NCBI GenBank assembly: GCA_947476645.1
Contig: CANJRM010000006.1
Coordinates: 3,146 to 67,145, forward strand
DNA: 64,000 nucleotides
Reading direction: 5' to 3'
From: Bacteroidota bacterium
GTDB lineage: Bacteria > Bacteroidota > Bacteroidia > Chitinophagales > LD1
The position numbers and the translations under genes are program-made. Under the pieces are notes generated by a model. It worked only from the letters and a program-made list of their open reading frames with translations, had not been told where the DNA came from and ran no database searches. Numbering within the stretch: the stretch's first letter is position 1; every line of letters begins with the position of its first letter. Below are positions 19,147 through 27,155 of the stretch, in pieces.

Positions 19147-19281
19147 TTGCAACAAAAGCAAATTTGTAAAGCACATTAAAACATTTTGCAGAATTAAACG
19201 TTCCTTTAATTAGAAGTTCAGGAAAAGTTTTTGCTACCTTAGAACTGCGAATCGAATTATCTAACCTTAAAATTGTTCCTT

Positions 19282-19596
19282 ATGAACGTAGTAATTCATC
19301 CGGTGCATTTCGATGCATCAACACAACTGGTGGAGTTTATTAATAAAAAGCTCACCAAATTAGAAACGTTTTTTGACCGTATTGTGGAGACGGAGGTTTT
19401 CTTAAAACTGGAGTCGAAGCAGAATGTGAAAGAGAAAGTAGTGGAAATTAAAGTTCACGTTCCCGGCAAAACATTATTTGTAACCAAATCATCTAAAACT
19501 TTTGAGCAAAGTACTGACCTGGCTTTACAAACCTTGTCGTTACAGCTTAAGAAACAGAAAGAAAAATTGAAAACTCATAAGAGTATCGCTAGTTAA
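19282..19596 (+). CDS. hpf: Ribosome hibernation promoting factor / RaiA family (short form)
   Basis: About 104 aa starting at the ATG 19282 (the track ORF begins at TTG 19273). Pattern IxxHPVHFDASxxLxEFIxKKLxKLxxFFDRI is typical of sigma-54 modulation/HPF proteins. Confidence 0.85.
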   Translation: MNVVIHPVHFDASTQLVEFINKKLTKLETFFDRIVETEVFLKLESKQNVKEKVVEIKVHVPGKTLFVTKSSKTFEQSTDLALQTLSLQLKKQKEKLKTHKSIAS

Positions 19597-19600
19597 AAAA

Positions 19601-19631
19601 CAAAAGGCGGGACAAATGTCCCGCCTTTTGT
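19601..19631. terminator. Bidirectional terminator between hpf and the NUDIX gene
   Basis: CAAAAGGCGGGACAAATGTCCCGCCTTTTG. Confidence 0.75.
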
Positions 19632-19645
19632 TTTTGTATGAGGTT

Positions 19646-20209
19646 CTAAATCTTTCCTTCCTGCAATAAAATATTCGCCTTTAGAATACTGGCTACCGAA
19701 AGCCCGTCACGAATTTCACCGCGCATTGCCATTTCATAAACTTCCGCAAACGGAAGTTTCTTGATGATGAAGAGTTCGTCCTCTTCTGGTCGCTCGCCTA
19801 CATAAGTAAGACCACGGGCAATGTAGGTATAGGAAACTTCATCGGTACATGAATTGGAAAGCTGCATTTCCAAAATCAGTTCGAAGTTCTCGGCTGATAA
19901 TCCTGCTTCTTCTATCAATTCGCGCTTGGCTGTTTCTAATGGCGAAGTTCCTTCTTTGCAACCGCCTTCAACAATTTCCCATTCGTAGCTTTCCTGCGGA
20001 TATCGGTATTGACCCACTATCCAGGTGTTGTTGTTTTCATCGAGCGGAATAACGGCAATGGCATGTGTTTTAAAATGAACCACTCCGTAAATACCATCGT
20101 TACCCGCAGGGTTTTTCACTTTGTCTTCAATCACTTTTATCCACGGGTTCTCGTACTTTATTTCCGATGAAAGTTTTGTCCAGGGATTGTGTGCCTCGTT
20201 TTTCTTCAT
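19646..20209 (-). CDS. NUDIX hydrolase (ADP-ribose pyrophosphatase-like)
   Basis: Nudix box GGCKEGTSPLETAKRELIEEAGL. Confidence 0.85.
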   Translation of the reverse strand: MKKNEAHNPWTKLSSEIKYENPWIKVIEDKVKNPAGNDGIYGVVHFKTHAIAVIPLDENNNTWIVGQYRYPQESYEWEIVEGGCKEGTSPLETAKRELIEEAGLSAENFELILEMQLSNSCTDEVSYTYIARGLTYVGERPEEDELFIIKKLPFAEVYEMAMRGEIRDGLSVASILKANILLQEGKI

Positions 20210-20298
20210 GCCGCAAAACTATTTACTTATTGAAAATGAAATCGGCATACGAAAAATACTTTGTGTTTCTATGAATAAAACTTTTCTTCGCTGCCCCA

Positions 20299-21525
20299 AT
20301 GAACAAACGCAAAATATTCAACGACCCCGTGCACGGTTTTATTACCATTCCGCACGAGTTGCTGTTTGATATTATAGAGCATCCGTATTTTCAACGTCTG
20401 CGCAGAATCAAGCAGCTGGGCTTGAGCGATTATGTTTATCCCGGTGCTATTCACACGCGCTTTCATCATGCGCTTGGTGCTTTTCATTTAATGCGCAAGG
20501 CGCTTTCCATTCTTAAAATTAAAGGCATTAAAATTTCGGAGGAAGAAGAGTTGGCTGCTGAGATTGCGATTCTGTTACACGACATTGGTCACGGACCTTT
20601 CAGTCACACGCTTGAACATAGTTTGATAGAGGGCGTTCATCACGAATCACTTTCGAAAATGTATATGAAGAAACTGAACGAGCACTTTAAAGGCAAGTTG
20701 AGTTTAGCAATTGAAATTTTTGAAGGCAGTTATAAAAAGAAGTTTTTGCATCAACTAGTTTCATCGCAACTGGATGTTGACCGTTTGGATTACTTAACCC
20801 GCGATTCATTTTTTACAGGAGTGAGCGAAGGAACAATTTCTTATGAGCGCATTATTGAAATGATGAACGTGCGCCACGATGAGTTGGTGGTGGAGCAAAA
20901 GGGAATTTACTCTATAGAGAGTTTCATCATAGCACGAAGGTTGATGTATTGGCAGGTGTATTTACATAAAACAGTTTTGTGTGTAGAGCAAATGATGGTG
21001 AAGGCAATAGAGCGGGCAAAATATTTAATAGCGAAAGGAGAGAAATTAGATGCTTCACCCGCGCTTGCATATTTCCTGCACAACAAGGTAAAGCTTAAAG
21101 ATTTTGAAAAGGATTCTAAAGTGTTGAACTACTATTCGCAGTTAGATGATGTAGATATTTTTGCTGCGTTTAAGTACTGGCAGCATTGCAATGATAAAGT
21201 GTTGCGCACGCTTTGTGAAGCTATCCTCGACCGCAAACTTTTTAAAATTGAAATCAGCAACAAAGCATTTTCGTACAAGAAGATAAAAGAGTTGAACGAG
21301 CGCGCCATGAAAAAATTTAAAGTGAGCGAAGAAGAGGCAGGATATCTTGTTTTTTCTGACTCGACCTCTAATTACGCTTATAATCCTTCTGAAGACCGAA
21401 TCAATATTATGCTCGGCAAAAACGAAGTGATTGATATTGCCCAGGCAAGCGACCAGTTGAATATTTCGGTGCTTTCTGTTCCTGTTACAAAATATTATGT
21501 TTTCTATCCGAAGAACTTGTTATAA
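20299..21525 (+). CDS. HD-domain phosphohydrolase (SAMHD1/EF1143-like dNTP triphosphohydrolase family)
   Basis: Motifs NDPVHGFI, FQRLRRIKQLG, HTRFHHALG, LLHDIGHGPFSH and DVDRLDYLxRDS. Confidence 0.85.
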   Translation: MNKRKIFNDPVHGFITIPHELLFDIIEHPYFQRLRRIKQLGLSDYVYPGAIHTRFHHALGAFHLMRKALSILKIKGIKISEEEELAAEIAILLHDIGHGPFSHTLEHSLIEGVHHESLSKMYMKKLNEHFKGKLSLAIEIFEGSYKKKFLHQLVSSQLDVDRLDYLTRDSFFTGVSEGTISYERIIEMMNVRHDELVVEQKGIYSIESFIIARRLMYWQVYLHKTVLCVEQMMVKAIERAKYLIAKGEKLDASPALAYFLHNKVKLKDFEKDSKVLNYYSQLDDVDIFAAFKYWQHCNDKVLRTLCEAILDRKLFKIEISNKAFSYKKIKELNERAMKKFKVSEEEAGYLVFSDSTSNYAYNPSEDRINIMLGKNEVIDIAQASDQLNISVLSVPVTKYYVFYPKNLL

Positions 21526-21534
21526 ATTTGGAGT

Positions 21535-21801
21535 ATGGAAACAATCACACTTACGCTTACTTCTTCCAAGAAAAAAATTAATGAGCTAATTCAGATGGCT
21601 AAAGAAATGGGGATAAGCACTAAGGAAGAACGTAGACTTACTGATGAAGAAATGGCATTGCCCGGAGCTAATGCTACTCCGGAACAAATTGAAAGGTGGT
21701 TGGCAGAGGATGATGGTGAAAGCTATACAGAAGAAGAAGCGTTCAGAATGGTTAAAGAAGAATTGGTGAAGTATCGCAAATCGAAAAAGAATGGTGATTA
21801 G
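21535..21801 (+). CDS. Putative antitoxin (small acidic protein upstream of the ParE-like gene)
   Basis: 88-aa ORF that overlaps the next ORF by 11 nt. It is Glu/Lys-rich and has no recognisable enzymatic motif. Confidence 0.55.
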   Translation: METITLTLTSSKKKINELIQMAKEMGISTKEERRLTDEEMALPGANATPEQIERWLAEDDGESYTEEEAFRMVKEELVKYRKSKKNGD

Positions 21802-22078
21802 TTATCGTAAGCGGGCCATCAATTCTCTGCAGAAAAGTGCTTCGTTTATTGAAAGTGAAAATACTGAAGGAAGCGGAGAGAGATGGGCGGAAAAAGTTCG
21901 ACTTACGATTCGTTCATTGGCTGAATCAAAAGCCAAATTCTCTCTTTGCAAAGCACCACAACTCGCACGGTGGAATTACTCTTGTTATTCCCATAATGGC
22001 TGGGTGATAGCTTTTAAAATTACTCCAAACAAATTTGAAGTCTGTCGTATTATCTGGGGAGCCAACCTTAATTACTAA
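21791..22078 (+). CDS. Putative RelE/ParE-family type II toxin
   Basis: 95 aa whose layout resembles ParE (xxYxKRAxxxLxxxxxFI...W...V...I..L...). It is translationally coupled to the upstream ORF. The call is by pattern only. Confidence 0.55.
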   Translation: MVISYRKRAINSLQKSASFIESENTEGSGERWAEKVRLTIRSLAESKAKFSLCKAPQLARWNYSCYSHNGWVIAFKITPNKFEVCRIIWGANLNY

Positions 22079-22112
22079 TTCTCTCACCACAAATAAAGTT
22101 CAATACAACTTA

Positions 22113-23348
22113 ATGAAACAAATCCTTCTCCTCGCCTCTCTCGCTATTTCTCTCCAAGCATTTGCTTTAGACTTTACCGGTAACAAACTTATCTCCTACA
22201 AAATTTGGAACACCGTTACAAAGGAGGAACTGCGGGAGAAAATGAAGAAGAATCATGTTCCTAAAGCCATACTGAATCCAAAGTATGATATTGACATTTA
22301 TGACATCACTTATAAAACCTGTTGGATTGATAGTTCGTGTATTCTCGCTTCGGGTTTAGTGTTTGTACCCCGTGGCTACAATAAACCCATGGCCGAAGTA
22401 GTCTATCATCACGGAACGCGTGTGGAGAAAGGTAGGAAGAAAGATATTGGCGGAGTAGATTATATATGCCTTGGTTTAGCGGTTGACGGTTACCTGGTTC
22501 TTCAGCCCGATTATATAGGATTAGGTCATGGTGATAAGTTTCACCTGTATCAGCAATACAAATCTTTAGGTCAGGCAAGTGTAGATATGGTTTATGCTGC
22601 GCGTGAATTAAAGGATTCACTGAAGTTTGAACTAAATAGCCAATTATTTCTAACCGGTTACTCCGAAGGTGGCTATGCAGCAGTAGCTACCAACAAGTAT
22701 ATTCAGGAAAGCTATCCTGATTTAAAAGTAACTGCAAGTTCCGGTAATAGTGGAGCTTATGATATGGCAGGCGTGCAAAGTGAAATAATGTTTAGAAAGT
22801 ATGGTCACCCGCATTATTTGCCTTTTCTTTTGCGCGGCTTAAACGAAGTATATCAAATGGTTCCGGACATCAATACCATTTATAAGGCTCCTTACGATTC
22901 AATTATACCGGCCATGTTTGACGGCTCGCATAGCTTTAGAGATATAGATAAGGTACTGCCTGAAATTCCAAAAGATATGGTTCGCGATACCTTTGTTAAT
23001 CTATTCCTTACTGACCCTAATTTCGCTCTTAATAAAGCACTTGCCGATAATTCACTCTGCCACTGGAAACCTGAAAACCCTATTCAGCTATGTTACTGCG
23101 ATAAAGACGAACAGGTGAATTACAAAAATTCGTTTGTGGCTCGCGATGGGATGAAGAAAATGGGTGCTAAGCACATTATACTTCAAGAGGGCGGAAAAAA
23201 ATACGGACATAATAAGTGCGCTGCTTTTGCTTCCATGTATTCTCAACTCTATTTCGATAGTTTCCGCAACGGTAGTAAATATGGAAGTAGGGGCAATGCC
23301 GGAAAAAGATTCATGCTGGCTTTAGCCCGGTTGGCCGTTAAGCCATAG
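22113..23348 (+). CDS. Secreted alpha/beta hydrolase (lipase-like)
   Basis: The start is taken at MKQILLLASLAISLQAFA (ATG 22113). Nucleophile elbow GYSEGG. Confidence 0.75.
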   Translation: MKQILLLASLAISLQAFALDFTGNKLISYKIWNTVTKEELREKMKKNHVPKAILNPKYDIDIYDITYKTCWIDSSCILASGLVFVPRGYNKPMAEVVYHHGTRVEKGRKKDIGGVDYICLGLAVDGYLVLQPDYIGLGHGDKFHLYQQYKSLGQASVDMVYAARELKDSLKFELNSQLFLTGYSEGGYAAVATNKYIQESYPDLKVTASSGNSGAYDMAGVQSEIMFRKYGHPHYLPFLLRGLNEVYQMVPDINTIYKAPYDSIIPAMFDGSHSFRDIDKVLPEIPKDMVRDTFVNLFLTDPNFALNKALADNSLCHWKPENPIQLCYCDKDEQVNYKNSFVARDGMKKMGAKHIILQEGGKKYGHNKCAAFASMYSQLYFDSFRNGSKYGSRGNAGKRFMLALARLAVKP

Positions 23349-23421
23349 TTGAAAAATATTTTCTTCGCACACACAATAAAAAATAATAGGCGCGTTAAAC
23401 GTGCATATTCAAGAACCCGAG

Positions 23422-24459
23422 ATGGAGATTACAGCGAAGGAATTAGCGGTTTTGCTCAATGCAAAACTGGAAGGAAACCCCGAAGCGAGGGTGAATAAAC
23501 TCGCCAAAATTGAAGAAGCCGACAAGGATTCTTTCTGCTTTCTCGGCAACCCAAAATATTTTCATTATGCGCAAACTGCAAAGGCGGGTATTCTTCTTTG
23601 CGATGAAACACTTGAATACAACGCAGCGAATATCACTGCTGCGCTTCGTGTTAAGGAACCGTATCAGGCGTTTCAAAAACTTATGGAACTCTATGCTTCC
23701 ATGAATGGCAATTCAAAAACTTCGGGTATTGAAGAGCATGCACACATCGGTAAGAATTCAACTTACGCAGAAAACTTTCACCTCGGCAGTTTCAGTTATG
23801 TAGGCGAGAACGTAAAGATTGGAAAGAACGTAACCATCTATCCTAATTGTTTTATTGGTGACAATGCAGAAGTTGGGGACGATACAATTCTCTACGCAAA
23901 CGTTTCTGTTTACCACGATTGCAAAATAGGCAGCAGAACAATTCTTCATTCTGGTTGTGTAATAGGCAGCGATGGTTTTGGTTTTGCTCCCCAGCCCGAT
24001 GGCGTTTTCAAAAAAATTCCGCAGACGGGAAATGTAGTTCTCGGCAACGATGTAGAAATCGGAGCAAACACCTGTATTGACCGCGCGGTAATGGGTTCCA
24101 CCAAAATTGGTGACGGAGTTAAACTTGATAACCTGATTCAGGTAGCACACAATGTTGAGATAGGCGACAACACTGTTATTGCTGCACAGGCAGGAATTTC
24201 TGGCTCTACAAAATTTGGAAAGAATGTAATGATTGGTGGGCAGGCAGGTATTACGGGTCACCTTACAATTGCCGATGGAGTGAAGATACAAGCGCAAGCC
24301 GCGGTCATTCGCGATATTACCGAAAAAGGAAAAGGAGTTTCGGGTGCACCGGCTATTGATGCGCGTGAGCATTACCGCATTTTGGCTTCCATGAAAATTT
24401 TGCCGCAGTTAATTCAGCGGGTAAAGGATTTGGAGAAAAAATTAGAGGAGAAGAAATAG
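23422..24459 (+). CDS. lpxD: UDP-3-O-(3-hydroxyacyl)glucosamine N-acyltransferase
   Basis: LpxD N-terminal domain plus a long left-handed beta-helix of hexapeptide repeats. It sits in the lpx cluster. The start is taken at MEITAKELA; the track ORF starts at GTG 23401. Confidence 0.9.
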   Translation: MEITAKELAVLLNAKLEGNPEARVNKLAKIEEADKDSFCFLGNPKYFHYAQTAKAGILLCDETLEYNAANITAALRVKEPYQAFQKLMELYASMNGNSKTSGIEEHAHIGKNSTYAENFHLGSFSYVGENVKIGKNVTIYPNCFIGDNAEVGDDTILYANVSVYHDCKIGSRTILHSGCVIGSDGFGFAPQPDGVFKKIPQTGNVVLGNDVEIGANTCIDRAVMGSTKIGDGVKLDNLIQVAHNVEIGDNTVIAAQAGISGSTKFGKNVMIGGQAGITGHLTIADGVKIQAQAAVIRDITEKGKGVSGAPAIDAREHYRILASMKILPQLIQRVKDLEKKLEEKK

Positions 24460-24529
24460 TTCAGTTTACGTTAATCGGGTATTTAATGTGATGTAAAATA
24501 ATAGTTTTGTCACCCTTTAGAAATCGTTA

Positions 24530-25933
24530 ATGACGCATTCTTTACAACAAACAATTAAACAAGAGATTTCGCTCACAGGCGTTGGCTTGCACACGGGTCA
24601 AAACGTGACGGTGAAATTTCTTCCTGCCCCGCCTAACCACGGCATCAAGTTTCAGCGTATTGATTTACCTGAAAAGCCCATCATCAATGCCGATTGCGAT
24701 TTAGTTACTACCGTTCAGCGCGGAACTACTTTAGAGAAAGGAGCGGCTATGGTAGCCACAGTAGAGCATTTAATGAGTGCCCTCATTGGTATGCAGGTTG
24801 ATAATTGTTTAGTGCAGGTGGACGGCATAGAAATTCCAATCATTGACGGAAGTGCCCGATATTTTGTTGAAGCTTTAGAGAAAGCCGGCATTCAGGAACA
24901 AAGCGAAGAGCGCGATATTTTTGAATTGCGTCAGAACATTCATTATGCAGATAAAGACAGTGGCGTTGAATATCTAGCCATGCCTTCGAACCGTTATAAA
25001 GTTACTGCACTCATTGATTACAAAAGCGAAGTCCTCGGTCAGCAACATGCTACCATGGACAAGATGAACGATTTCAAAAAAGAAATTGCTCCAAGCCGCA
25101 CGTTTTGCTTTTTGCATGAACTCGAAATGTTGTATGAAGCAGGTTTAATACGCGGTGGCGATTTGAACAATGCGATTATAGTAGTTGACAAACCTGTTAG
25201 CGAAGAAGAGCGCGTGAAACTCGCAGCCCTCTTCAACAAGCCCGATATTAAAGTAGTAGAAGAAGGCATTCTGAACAATGTGGAATTACATCATCACAAC
25301 GAGCCTGCCCGCCATAAACTTTTAGATGTTGTAGGCGATTTGGGATTGATAGGAACTCCAATCAACGCCAACATCATAGCCACCAAACCCGGACACAAAC
25401 ACAATGTGGAGTTTGCCAAAATTTTAAAGCAACACATTAAACAGGAACGATTGAAAGACCCTGCTCCGGCATACGACCAAAACGTTCCTCCTGTTTACGA
25501 CTCTACAGGCATCGAAAAAATTCTTCCGCACCGTTATCCGTTTTTGTTGATTGATAAAATTATTTCGCTCAACGATAACGAAGTGGTGGGCGTAAAAAAC
25601 GTAACCATGAACGAAGAGTTTTTTCGTGGTCACTTTCCCGGCAATCCGATAATGCCCGGTGTGTTGCAGTTAGAAGCCATGGCACAAACAGGTGGTATTC
25701 TCGTTTTGCATAAACTTCCCGACCCGCAGAACTACGATACTTACTTCATTAAAATCGACAAAGTAAAATTCAAACATAAAGTAGTGCCGGGCGATACCAT
25801 TCTTTTTAAAATGGAATTGCTTTCGCCTATGCGCAGAGGAATTATTGAAATGAAAGGTCGCGCTTACGTGGGTAATAAATTGGTTAGCGAAGCCGAACTG
25901 ATGGCAAAGATTCAACGCAAAGACGGGAAGTAA
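24530..25933 (+). CDS. lpxC/fabZ: Bifunctional UDP-3-O-acyl-GlcNAc deacetylase / 3-hydroxyacyl-ACP dehydratase
   Basis: LpxC N-terminal half (GVGLHTGQ, HKHNVEF) and FabZ hot-dog half (LPHRYPFLLIDKI, FFRGHFPGNPIMPGVL) in a single 467-aa ORF. Confidence 0.93.
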   Translation: MTHSLQQTIKQEISLTGVGLHTGQNVTVKFLPAPPNHGIKFQRIDLPEKPIINADCDLVTTVQRGTTLEKGAAMVATVEHLMSALIGMQVDNCLVQVDGIEIPIIDGSARYFVEALEKAGIQEQSEERDIFELRQNIHYADKDSGVEYLAMPSNRYKVTALIDYKSEVLGQQHATMDKMNDFKKEIAPSRTFCFLHELEMLYEAGLIRGGDLNNAIIVVDKPVSEEERVKLAALFNKPDIKVVEEGILNNVELHHHNEPARHKLLDVVGDLGLIGTPINANIIATKPGHKHNVEFAKILKQHIKQERLKDPAPAYDQNVPPVYDSTGIEKILPHRYPFLLIDKIISLNDNEVVGVKNVTMNEEFFRGHFPGNPIMPGVLQLEAMAQTGGILVLHKLPDPQNYDTYFIKIDKVKFKHKVVPGDTILFKMELLSPMRRGIIEMKGRAYVGNKLVSEAELMAKIQRKDGK

Positions 25934-25937
25934 ATTC

Positions 25938-26036
25938 GAGAATGTGAGAATTTGAAAATTCGAAAATGAAAAACCTAACGATTCTGCTTTCTGTATTCCC
26001 ATTTCCAAATTTCCGAATTTCCGAATTTCCGAATTA
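25938..26036. repeat. Intercistronic A/T-rich imperfect inverted repeat that includes a tandem 8-mer (ATTTCCRA x4)
   Basis: The left arm has GAGAATTTGAAAATTCGAAAATG. The right arm has ATTTCCAAATTTCCGAATTTCCGAATTTCCGAATT, which is roughly its reverse complement. Confidence 0.6.
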
Positions 26037-26042
26037 GAAACT

Positions 26043-26834
26043 ATGAACCAACCTTTTTCCTATATCCACCCCCAAGCCGAAGTAGCCGATAACGTAGTGG
26101 TAGAACCGTTTGTAACTATTTCGAAAGATGTAATAGTTGGCGAAGGAACCTGGATTGGTCCGCACGTGACGATTATGGAAGGTGCGCGCATTGGCAAAAA
26201 CTGCAAAATATTTCCGGGCTCCGTTATCTCTGCTATTCCTCAGGATTTAAAATACAAAGGCGAAAAATCGCAGGTGGTTATTGGCGATAACGTTACCATT
26301 CGCGAATACGTTACTGTAAACAAAGGAACCGAAGCTTCTATGAAAACCGTCATTGGCAACAACACCTTGCTGATGGCTTACGTGCACATTGCACACGATT
26401 GCGTAATTGGCAACAACTGCGTGCTGGCAAACAACGCCAACCTCGCGGGACATGTAGAAGTAGGCGATTACACCATCCTCGGTGGCTCCACCAACTTTCA
26501 GCAATTTGTAAAAATCGGTCGCCACGTAATTGTGAGTGGAGGCTGCTTAGTCAATAAAGATATTCCGCCTTTTGTGCGCGCTGCCCGCCACCCTACTACT
26601 TACGCGGGTGTCAACTCCATTGGCCTGCGCAGACGCGGCTACTCCACCGAGCAAATCAACGAGATACTCGATGTTTACCGCATTCTCTACATCCGCGGCT
26701 TCAACACCAGCACCGCCCTCAAATACATTGATGCCGATATTGAATCAAGTGCCGACAAAGACGAAATCGTCAACTTCATCCGCGAATCTGTCCGCGGCAT
26801 CATGAAGGGCTTCAAGAGTTCAAGCGAAGAATAA
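26043..26834 (+). CDS. lpxA: Acyl-ACP--UDP-N-acetylglucosamine O-acyltransferase
   Basis: 263 aa. Starts with IHPQAEV, has hexapeptide repeats and a C-terminal helical domain (GLRRRGYS). Confidence 0.92.
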   Translation: MNQPFSYIHPQAEVADNVVVEPFVTISKDVIVGEGTWIGPHVTIMEGARIGKNCKIFPGSVISAIPQDLKYKGEKSQVVIGDNVTIREYVTVNKGTEASMKTVIGNNTLLMAYVHIAHDCVIGNNCVLANNANLAGHVEVGDYTILGGSTNFQQFVKIGRHVIVSGGCLVNKDIPPFVRAARHPTTYAGVNSIGLRRRGYSTEQINEILDVYRILYIRGFNTSTALKYIDADIESSADKDEIVNFIRESVRGIMKGFKSSSEE

Positions 26835-26847
26835 AATAGCTATTGGG

Positions 26848-27150
26848 TTACCCTCGCAAAGCCTCGGGTCGGGCTTTCACTGCAATCTTTTTTGAAACAA
26901 AAAAGGATTTCCGTTCTATCCCTAACCCGAATACAAACAGCCGGTTCTGTCTTTTGTATTTGCATTTGTCTCCCGCTGGCGGGAGTGGCACGCGGCTCTG
27001 CGCGTGACGAGGGTGGAATGCATTTGCTCGAACAAATACTAGAAACAGAAAATTCCTTACGGAGTTAAATCCAAATTTGTATTTGCTCCAGCGGAGCATT
27101 CTATTTGTAGAAAATGAAAAACACAAATCACTCACGCTCCGTAGGAGCCG
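26848..27150. repeat. Cluster of short GC-rich hairpin motifs in an intergenic region
   Basis: Examples are CTCCCGCTGGCGGGAG (26970..26985), CACGCGGCTCTGCGCGTG (26989..27006), CCTCGGGTCGGGCTTTCACTGCAATC and CGCTCCGTAGGAGC. The 95-aa track ORF here has non-protein-like composition. Confidence 0.55.
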
Positions 27151-27155
27151 TCAGG

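Noticed and set aside
23758-24372. 204-aa antisense ORF inside lpxD. Similar long antisense ORFs occur inside fadB/J (46871..47479, 46253..46633), the LRR gene (17185..17961) and the fibre gene.
   Set aside because: They lie opposite genes with strong family motifs. Repetitive or hexapeptide-coding sequence commonly leaves antisense frames open, and these ORFs contain no recognisable motifs.
26848-27135. 95-aa track ORF (minus strand) downstream of lpxA
   Set aside because: It is composed of concatenated short palindromic repeat motifs, is Arg/Phe/Ser-rich and has no start context. I treat it as repeat DNA.
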